Assembly (NCBI GenBank): GCA_000434195.1
Contig: HF994476.1
Location: 1-54,770, forward strand
DNA length: 54,770 nt
Direction of reading: 5' to 3'
From: Clostridium sp. CAG:780
Lineage (GTDB): Bacteria > Bacillota > Clostridia > TANB77 > CAG-508
A program made the position numbers and the translations under genes. How positions within the stretch are numbered: the first letter of the stretch is position 1; each line of letters opens with the position of its first letter. The notes below the pieces were generated by a model, which ran no database searches, was not told where the DNA came from, and saw only the letters and a program-made list of their open reading frames with translations. Shown here in pieces: positions 48,430-54,770 of the stretch.

Positions 48430-49026
48430 TTATACAACTTGAGTAAGTGCGATTTTGACATTTAAAATTGCTGAATTAGTTGCTTGTAATGTAGAAGAAG
48501 TATCATCAATATTATTCATCGATGAAGTATCTGGATCATCATTCCACATAATAAATATACGCATACTTCTTGTTCTTACTGCATCAGAAAGACTTATTGT
48601 ATCTGTAAGTGGAGTGCTAAAATCTGAAACTGTAATTTTGTCCCCGCCATTTATTGAATAACCAGTTATTACAAGATCAGAAACGGCACTTTCTTGAGAA
48701 GTCTCTATGCTAATTTCATACTTAAATGAAACATCTACATTAGTATAGTCAAGATTTAAATCAAAGTATCCTTCGGCTGTTGGCGCAATAACATTACTAG
48801 CAATATTCTCATTTCCAGGGAATACTGGAGTTATTTTAGAAGAAATATCCTGATTATTTTTAATAGATGCTCCATTTAATTTTATATCCCATCTAGATAT
48901 TGCAATCTCAGCTCTTCCGGAAACTGCGGTCCTATACTTTGCATAAACCTGAGAAACAAAAAGTGCTAAAATCGCAAGTAAACTGCAACAAATAAGTAAA
49001 AAACTAATTCTTTTAAAAATTTTCAT
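48430..49026 (-). CDS. Secreted TasA/camelysin-like protein (paralog of 40883-41503)
   Basis: The ATG at 49026 follows an agagg RBS. Signal ISFLLICCSLLAILALFVSQVYAKYRTAV, and blocks shared with the 40883 protein. Confidence 0.6.
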   Translation of the reverse strand: MKIFKRISFLLICCSLLAILALFVSQVYAKYRTAVSGRAEIAISRWDIKLNGASIKNNQDISSKITPVFPGNENIASNVIAPTAEGYFDLNLDYTNVDVSFKYEISIETSQESAVSDLVITGYSINGGDKITVSDFSTPLTDTISLSDAVRTRSMRIFIMWNDDPDTSSMNNIDDTSSTLQATNSAILNVKIALTQVV

Positions 49027-49145
49027 AAGTTTACCTCTTTTAACTTGATTTATATCTATCATATATATTATAATAAATTGTACTATAAAATAAAAACTAA
49101 ATCAATATATTATAATATTTTCAAAAGAAAAATAGGAGAGACAAG

Positions 49146-49910
49146 ATGAAAAAGAAAGAAAATAAAGAACAAGGTCAGAACGTGCCGGAAAAAGATAAAC
49201 AAAATAAAAAAGAAGATAAATGGAAAGCAGAGTTGAACTCGGAAAAACTCAAAAAAAGAGAGAGAATCATTAGAATAATAAAAATAAGTTTATTAATCAT
49301 TGCATTATTTTTAATAATAATATATTTCTTATTAAGGCTATTCTATGACGGGGGAGCGTTCACAGTTGCATTAGATGATGCTCTAGCAAAAAAGAGTGGA
49401 TTAATAATGTATGAAAAATTAAACGAAAAAGACGAGAGAAAAATATTAAAAGTAGATCAATTAGAGTTTGTCGACAATATATCGATAAACTGGCTTCCTG
49501 CAGACATAGATTCACAGGGAGAAGGAACACATAACGGTCCAAATTATATTGCCTATACATTTTATCTAGAAAACAAAGGTGCAGATTCAATTAACTATTG
49601 GTACAAAATTGTCGTAGATGATGTAGTAAAAAATGTAGATGAAGCAATAAGAGTAATGATATATCGAAATGGCGAAAGAGAAGTTTATTCAAAGAAAAAT
49701 TCAAGAACAGGAGAAGCAGAAGCAGGAACAATAGCTTTTAAAGATGACATAACCGTAACAGACCAACAAAGAACAGGTTTTAATCCAGGAGATATTGATA
49801 GATTTACAATAGTTATTTGGGTAGAAGGAGACGACCCTGATTGTGTAGATGCTTTAATAGGTGGAATGATGAAAATGCATATGGATATAACAGAAGAACA
49901 TACATATTAA
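49146..49910 (+). CDS. Membrane-anchored or secreted protein of the WVEGxDxDC subfamily
   Basis: Long K/E-rich N-terminus and TM helix ISLLIIALFLIIIYFLL. C-terminal blocks NYIAYTFYLEN and FTIVIWVEGDDPDC are shared with the 50049 protein. Confidence 0.55.
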   Translation: MKKKENKEQGQNVPEKDKQNKKEDKWKAELNSEKLKKRERIIRIIKISLLIIALFLIIIYFLLRLFYDGGAFTVALDDALAKKSGLIMYEKLNEKDERKILKVDQLEFVDNISINWLPADIDSQGEGTHNGPNYIAYTFYLENKGADSINYWYKIVVDDVVKNVDEAIRVMIYRNGEREVYSKKNSRTGEAEAGTIAFKDDITVTDQQRTGFNPGDIDRFTIVIWVEGDDPDCVDALIGGMMKMHMDITEEHTY

Positions 49911-49920
49911 GCAACAAAAT

Positions 49921-49966
49921 ATTACATTATATTACAAAATGTTACAAAGATTACAGTTAAATTACA
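49921..49966 (+). promoter_or_regulatory. Five helically phased (A/G)TTACA direct repeats upstream of the 50049 promoter
   Basis: TTACA occurs at 49922, 49932, 49942, 49951 and 49962 (spacing 10, 10, 9, 11 bp). The array ends 16 bp before the putative -35. Confidence 0.5.
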
Positions 49967-49981
49967 AATTAGTCGTATGTA

Positions 49982-50010
49982 TTGACTTGATATGAAGAAT
50001 ATGGTATCTT
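49982..50010 (+). promoter_or_regulatory. Putative promoter of the candidate major-subunit gene
   Basis: TTGACT, 17-nt spacer, TGgTATCTT (extended -10, weak -10 hexamer). Confidence 0.4.
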
Positions 50011-50048
50011 TGTATTAACACAACAAATAAAGAAAAGAGGAAAAAATA

Positions 50049-51041
50049 ATGAGTAAAAAAAATCAAAAGAAAACAAGTTTAAAATCAGCAATACTAGTCT
50101 TATTGCTAATAGCCTTATTGCTAATCACATCATCTTATGCATGGTTCACAGCTAACCAAATAGTAACAGTAAGCCAATTACAAGTAAATGTTAAAGCATC
50201 GAATGGTCTACAAATATCAGCAGATGCACAAAGCTGGAAAACAATACTTGAAAAAGCTGACTTAGATAAAGCAGGAACAGCTTACAATGTATTAATAAAT
50301 CAATTACCTGAAGACAATTTAGAGCCAGTATCAACAACCGGAAATGTGTCAACTGGAAAAATGGATATGTTTTATGGAGTAGCAGCAGCAAATGATGCTG
50401 ATGGTGGTAATTTCTATATATCATCTACAAAAGAAACAGATACAACAGGAAAAACTGGAAAATATATAGCATTTGATTTATTCTTAAAAGTAGATCAAGA
50501 TACAACAGTTTATCTATCATCTAACTCAAAAGTAACAATAAATGGAGATACTGATTTAGGATTACAAAACGCAGCACGTGTAGCATTCGTAAAAGAAGGA
50601 ACTCTTACAGCTGATAAAGACCCAGGAAGCATGAGGGAATTAGCACTTGCTACTGGAACAGCAGATATATGGGAACCAAACTATGACACTCATACTGCAA
50701 AAGGTGTGGCAGCTGCCCGTGATACATATGGTGTAACAACAACTACAACTAATGGCGCTAAAATACCATACTTCGGAATAAAAGATATAATTCCTGTAAA
50801 TACAGTTCCTATGAAACAATCAACAACAACAAATCCAAATGAAACATATTTTGATTCAGTTACAACAAAATGGCATACAGCAGCAGCAAATTCAACAAAC
50901 TTTGAATTTGGAAAATTAACAGCTGGTGTTACAAAAATCAGAGTCTACATGTGGGTTGAAGGACAAGATGTTGACTGTGAGAACTCAGCATCAGGAGCAA
51001 CAATCAACTTTGACTTACAATTTACAACAAATAATGGATAA
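50049..51041 (+). CDS. Secreted TasA-like protein, candidate major fibre subunit (monocistronic)
   Basis: Signal SAILVLLLIALLLITSSYAWFTANQ, a strong aagagga RBS, its own promoter region and its own terminator. Thr/Gly/Ala-rich mature part ending in IRVYMWVEGQDVDC. Confidence 0.65.
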   Translation: MSKKNQKKTSLKSAILVLLLIALLLITSSYAWFTANQIVTVSQLQVNVKASNGLQISADAQSWKTILEKADLDKAGTAYNVLINQLPEDNLEPVSTTGNVSTGKMDMFYGVAAANDADGGNFYISSTKETDTTGKTGKYIAFDLFLKVDQDTTVYLSSNSKVTINGDTDLGLQNAARVAFVKEGTLTADKDPGSMRELALATGTADIWEPNYDTHTAKGVAAARDTYGVTTTTTNGAKIPYFGIKDIIPVNTVPMKQSTTTNPNETYFDSVTTKWHTAAANSTNFEFGKLTAGVTKIRVYMWVEGQDVDCENSASGATINFDLQFTTNNG

Positions 51042-51051
51042 ATAAAAAATT

Positions 51052-51080
51052 AAGGCCATCTTTAAAAGGTGGCTTTTTTT
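51052..51080 (+). terminator. Rho-independent terminator
   Basis: Stem aaggccatc/ggtggcttt with a 7-nt loop, followed by a T7 run. Confidence 0.7.
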
Positions 51081-51147
51081 CTGTTCTAAAATAGACAAGA
51101 CCTGAATATAATAAAATATACAACAAACAAGAAAGAGGGAGTTTTCT

Positions 51148-51453
51148 ATGGAAGACAGAAAAAATGTTGTTCAAAACAATAGCAACAATATAATCCAAAA
51201 TTTAATACTAGAAAATAGAGAAAAACTTACAATAACAGGAGTTGTGGACGTACTAAGCTTTGATGACCAAATAGTAATTGTAGAAACTCAACTAGGTTTG
51301 CTTACAATAAAAGGCGAAGAACTTAGAATAAACAAATTAAGCTTAGATAGCTCAGAAGTTATAATAGATGGCGAAATCTTTAATTTAGGTTATAGCGAAG
51401 CAGGAATGAATAAGAAAAGCAGTGGAAGTATATTAGGAAAAATCTTTAAATAA
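51148..51453 (+). CDS. yabP: Sporulation protein YabP
   Basis: LILENREKLTITGVVDVLSFDDQIVIVETQLGLLTIKGEELRINKLSLD matches the YabP family pattern, and a yabQ-like gene follows. Confidence 0.85.
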   Translation: MEDRKNVVQNNSNNIIQNLILENREKLTITGVVDVLSFDDQIVIVETQLGLLTIKGEELRINKLSLDSSEVIIDGEIFNLGYSEAGMNKKSSGSILGKIFK

Positions 51454-51471
51454 AAAAGAGATGAGGAATTT

Positions 51472-51906
51472 ATGAATAATAATCAAATCTATTTATTTTC
51501 GATATACATGCTTTGCGGAATTGTAATTGGAATTGGATTCGACATATTTAGAGTATTGAGAAAATCATTTAGAACATCTGATATGGTAACATATATAGAA
51601 GACATATTATTTGGAATACTTACGGGAATATTTCTAATAATAATGCTTTTCATATTTAATAATGGCCAATTACGATTTTTCATATTTGTAGCCATATTCT
51701 TAGGACTGCTCTTATATTTATTAACAATTAGCAAATACTTTATAAAAATAAATGTAATAATCTTAGCTTTCATAAAAAAACTGGTACACATGATGTTATA
51801 TCCTATTCAAAAACTTTATAAAATAATGACTAAACCGTTTTACTTCCTTATAATCAACTTAAAAAAGCTTCATATAAGAAAAAGTAAAAAACTGTCAAAT
51901 AAATAA
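51472..51906 (+). CDS. yabQ: Spore cortex biosynthesis protein YabQ
   Basis: Membrane protein with the GIVIGIGFDIFRVLRK...IEDILFGILTG...NNGQLRFFIF pattern typical of YabQ, in synteny with yabP. Confidence 0.7.
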   Translation: MNNNQIYLFSIYMLCGIVIGIGFDIFRVLRKSFRTSDMVTYIEDILFGILTGIFLIIMLFIFNNGQLRFFIFVAIFLGLLLYLLTISKYFIKINVIILAFIKKLVHMMLYPIQKLYKIMTKPFYFLIINLKKLHIRKSKKLSNK

Positions 51907-51976
51907 AGGATTTTGCAAATTTATGTAGAATAATATATTATATGAAAAAATAAAATATTTTTTTGGAGATAATCAG

Positions 51977-52243
51977 ATGAAAAAAATTTACAGAAATGTC
52001 ATAATAGCAATATTTTTAATATACTTTGTTGTAACATTAGTTTCTCAACAAAAAACTTTAAATCAATATAGCTCAGAAGCAGAAATATATGCAAAACAAT
52101 TAGAAACTGCTACTGAAGAAAATAAAGATTTAAACAAAACAAAGGAAGATGTAAATTCAACAGAATATATTGAGCAAATGGCAAGAGAAAAATTGGATAT
52201 GTATTTACCTAATGAAAGAGTATATATAGATATGAACAGATAA
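51977..52243 (+). CDS. divIC: Septum formation initiator family protein (DivIC/FtsB-like)
   Basis: 88 aa with an N-terminal TM helix, a coiled coil and the C-terminal YIEQMAREKLDMYLPNERVYI block. The yabP-yabQ-divIC order matches Bacillus. Confidence 0.7.
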   Translation: MKKIYRNVIIAIFLIYFVVTLVSQQKTLNQYSSEAEIYAKQLETATEENKDLNKTKEDVNSTEYIEQMAREKLDMYLPNERVYIDMNR

Positions 52244-52265
52244 GAGAGATTTTCTCTCTTTTTTA
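52242..52265 (+). terminator. Rho-independent terminator
   Basis: Stem aagagaga/tctctctt with loop tttt, followed by TTTTT. Confidence 0.65.
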
Positions 52266-52384
52266 TTGCCTTTTTACAGAAAATAGTATATAATAATTAA
52301 AATTTATATCAAAAAATTAATTAATCTTAAAATTTCCCAATAAATGAACTAATAAAAATTAAAATAATAACGGAGGTATTGTAT

Positions 52385-53746
52385 ATGGATTTAACCAAAT
52401 GTACATTAGTAGAATTGCGTCAATTAGCAAAAGAACAAGAAATTAAAAATGTAACTAAATTAAAAAAGGAAGAGCTAATAGAATTGCTGACAAAGCTTGA
52501 ATCAGAAAAAAATGTCGAAGAAGAACAACAAAAAGAATATCCAGCAATAGACAATGATGCAAAATATCAAATAGGAGAAAACGCAAGAGACGATTCTGAT
52601 TTGTCATATAAACTTACTAATCCAGACGATTTTATAGCAGAGGGTGTATTAGAAATCTTACCTGATGGATATGGTTTCTTAAGAGGAGAAAATTATTTAT
52701 CGAGTCCAAAAGATGTGTACATATCTCCTACTCAAATAAAAAGATTTAAATTGGATCAAGGAGACAAAATAAAAGGAATTGCAAGATTTCCTAAGGAAGA
52801 TGCAAGATTCCCAGGGCTTATATATGTAGGAGCCGTTAACGGAGAACTTCCTGAAAAAGCTTATAAGAGAAAGAAGTTTGATGATTTAATACCTATTTAT
52901 CCAGACGAAAGAATTAGATTAGAAACAGTTCCTACCGAATATGCTATGAGAATGATAGACTTAGTTTGCCCAATAGGAAAGGGACAAAGAGGAATGATAG
53001 TTGCACCACCTAAAGTTGGAAAAACAACATTATTAAAGAAAATTGCAAATAGCATAACAGCAAATCATCCAGAAATAGAATTAATAGTGTTATTAATAGA
53101 TGAGAGACCAGAAGAAGTAACAGACATGAAAAGATCTATAAAAGGAGAAGTAATTTATTCTACCTTTGACGAACTACCAGAACATCATGTAAAAGTAGCT
53201 GAAATGGTCTTAGAAAGAGCAAAAAGACTAGTAGAACATGGCAAAGATGTTGCAATTCTCCTAGATAGCATAACAAGACTTGCAAGAGCCTATAACTTAG
53301 TAATACCTTCTTCAGGGAAAACTCTATCTGGAGGAATAGATCCAGCAGCACTTCACAAGCCAAAAAAATTCTTTGGAGCAGCTAGAAACATAGAACATGG
53401 TGGAAGTTTAACAATATTAGCAACATCGCTTATTGATACAGGAAGCAGAATGGATGAAGTAATCTTTGAAGAATTCAAAGGAACAGGAAACATGGAAGTA
53501 CATCTTGATAGATCACTTTCAGAAAAAAGAATATTCCCTGCTATTGACATTAACAAATCAGGAACAAGAAGAGAGGAAAAGCTGCTTTCACCAGAAGAAC
53601 TTGCTACAACATTTGCATTGCGTAAAGCCCTATCAAGTATGCCGGTAGGAGAAGTTACAGAACAAGTCATAAATCAAATGCTTTTAACAAAAAACAATGA
53701 AGAATTTATAATTAAAATGAAAAGGATATTACCTGGATTAAAATAA
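52385..53746 (+). CDS. rho: Transcription termination factor Rho
   Basis: N-terminal [10 protein letters not shown]...ELIELL, RNA-binding domain [14 protein letters not shown], Walker [21 protein letters not shown], and the C-terminal [18 protein letters not shown] block. The ATG at 52385 is 8 nt after the ggagg RBS. Confidence 0.95.
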   Translation: MDLTKCTLVELRQLAKEQEIKNVTKLKKEELIELLTKLESEKNVEEEQQKEYPAIDNDAKYQIGENARDDSDLSYKLTNPDDFIAEGVLEILPDGYGFLRGENYLSSPKDVYISPTQIKRFKLDQGDKIKGIARFPKEDARFPGLIYVGAVNGELPEKAYKRKKFDDLIPIYPDERIRLETVPTEYAMRMIDLVCPIGKGQRGMIVAPPKVGKTTLLKKIANSITANHPEIELIVLLIDERPEEVTDMKRSIKGEVIYSTFDELPEHHVKVAEMVLERAKRLVEHGKDVAILLDSITRLARAYNLVIPSSGKTLSGGIDPAALHKPKKFFGAARNIEHGGSLTILATSLIDTGSRMDEVIFEEFKGTGNMEVHLDRSLSEKRIFPAIDINKSGTRREEKLLSPEELATTFALRKALSSMPVGEVTEQVINQMLLTKNNEEFIIKMKRILPGLK

Positions 53747-53807
53747 AAAATAAGCAAAAGTAAAATTTGTACCAAAATGGGGAAAAGGCCAATACCACAT
53801 AAAATAC

Positions 53808-53836
53808 TTGAAAAAAGTGCATTTATGTGGTATAAT
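53808..53836 (+). promoter_or_regulatory. Strong sigma-A promoter with extended -10
   Basis: TTGAAA, 17-nt spacer, TGgTATAAT. Confidence 0.6.
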
Positions 53837-53914
53837 CATATTTACGGGAGATTTTCTCTTGTTTTTATATAAAGAATTTCCAATTTCATTCTTGAAAGGA
53901 AGGGGAGTTGAAAG

Positions 53915-54154
53915 ATGACAGACGATATGGTAAAGGATTTGAGCAATGAAGAGTATCATACTCTTCGGAAACTGAACTGGGAAAAAATCGGTGTTGTAGA
54001 AGGAGTAATGAAGATCGAAGGAATTACTCTTGATACTCTATCTGAGGCCACAGGAATTTATCCTACGACACTGGAGATGTGGCTGGATTACCAGATTCTG
54101 CTCGATAAGTTGCAGTTAGATAATATCTCTACTGCGCTCAATATTCTTGCTTAA
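53915..54154 (+). CDS. Small HTH-like protein in a GC-richer insert
   Basis: 79-aa ORF with a ggggag RBS and a possible HTH (ITLDTLSEATGIYPTTLEMWL). GC is visibly above the flanks. Confidence 0.45.
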   Translation: MTDDMVKDLSNEEYHTLRKLNWEKIGVVEGVMKIEGITLDTLSEATGIYPTTLEMWLDYQILLDKLQLDNISTALNILA

Positions 54155-54183
54155 AAGCAACCATATTACATTTTCAACAACAG

Positions 54184-54217
54184 AAATAGAGAGGTGTACA
54201 GTAACCTCTCTATTTTT
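54184..54217 (+). terminator. Rho-independent terminator
   Basis: 12-bp stem aaatagagaggt/acctctctattt with an 8-nt loop and a T-run. Confidence 0.75.
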
Positions 54218-54496
54218 GTTTATAAAGTTTTTTATATCTTTAGCTTTTACAATTTCATAAAGCGCTACTTGAGTAAAAAGGTTTAACTCATTTCTATTTA
54301 CTATGGGCTTTAATAATTTATAAAATTTTAATTCATCAGATGTCAATAAATAAATTTTCTTGTCATAAAGAGAAGAAAGGGTAGGGGGAGCTTGTATCAT
54401 ATTAATATTATCTGAAGTCTTAAATTTATTATCCTTTTTGGTTTTTATAATATACACTATTAATATAAGAACAACCCAAGCTAAAACTGTTTCCAT
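54218..54496 (-). pseudogene. DUF2726-family gene truncated at its 3' end
   Basis: ATG at 54496 after a gaggtgg RBS. TM helix, then LLTSDELKFYKLLKPIV...LFTQVALYEIV (the N-terminal DUF2726 pattern). From about 54217 leftwards the frame reads through the terminator and the opposite-strand gene, so the nuclease core is missing. Confidence 0.5.
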
Positions 54497-54770
54497 TTCT
54501 TTCCACCTCAAAAGAATAATAACATATTTAAAGGGAATAAGTATTTTTTTAAAACAAAATGTATATTAATGAACAAAACAATATACAAAATTTCTTTATA
54601 TAAGAAAGATACAATTTGATAACAATTAATTGCATTAATAGTGTATTGACAAAATAATTTTTTTGGTATATATATTTATAGGGTAGTATAGGAGATTACC
54701 TTTTATAATCGATATATAACATTGCACAAAATCAAAGTTTTGCGCAAAAAAGTAATAAATAAAATGGCAT

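Noticed and set aside
1-54770. tRNA, rRNA, tmRNA, RNase P, IS elements with terminal inverted repeats, toxin-antitoxin pairs, prophage structural genes.
   Set aside because: By eye I found no cloverleaf-like or rRNA-like conserved sequences, no transposase ORFs and no phage capsid, tail or terminase motifs. Dedicated tools (tRNAscan-SE, Infernal, ISfinder) are needed to exclude them formally.

Overview
This is a low-GC, Clostridia-like Firmicutes chromosomal window; GC values are judged by eye, not computed. No rRNA, tRNA or CRISPR array was recognised.

(1) 1-6.4 kb: the regulation and recombination end of a Tn916/Tn5397-like integrative conjugative element. It holds a divergent XRE repressor, an Orf7-like sigma region-4 protein, an Orf8-like HTH_16 protein, small ORFs and two translationally coupled large serine recombinases. 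A DUF1016 gene remnant and a GC-richer two-gene insert (6.8-8.2 kb) follow.

(2) 8.4-20.4 kb: mostly housekeeping genes (polA, an SLT lytic transglycosylase, a GLUG-repeat surface protein, galE, an aldose epimerase, secA). The 3' end of secA carries a 288-bp tandem duplication plus one extra base, which breaks the reading frame.

(3) 20.6-27.9 kb: a tyrosine integrase frameshifted in an A8 tract, then a histidine phosphatase, NUDIX, GNAT, L-serine dehydratase and a three-gene ABC-2 transporter. The transporter lies behind a promoter and terminator-bounded leader of about 100 nt.

(4) 28-51 kb: the most unusual region.
- A 2962-aa beta-helix/GLUG surface protein is followed by an expanded SipW/TasA-like locus.
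- The locus has three apparently active SipW-type signal peptidases, one catalytically dead paralog, and at least seven secreted proteins with SipW-cognate-like signal peptides.
- The same operon encodes a degenerate EAL-like cytoplasmic protein, a membrane-anchored McrB-like AAA+ NTPase and a partner with no recognisable nuclease motif.
- I propose this as a candidate undescribed extracellular fibre or adhesin assembly system.

(5) 51.1-54.8 kb: yabP, yabQ, divIC-like, rho, then a second GC-richer insert that truncates a DUF2726 gene.

All family assignments come from motif recognition by eye. No database search was run.
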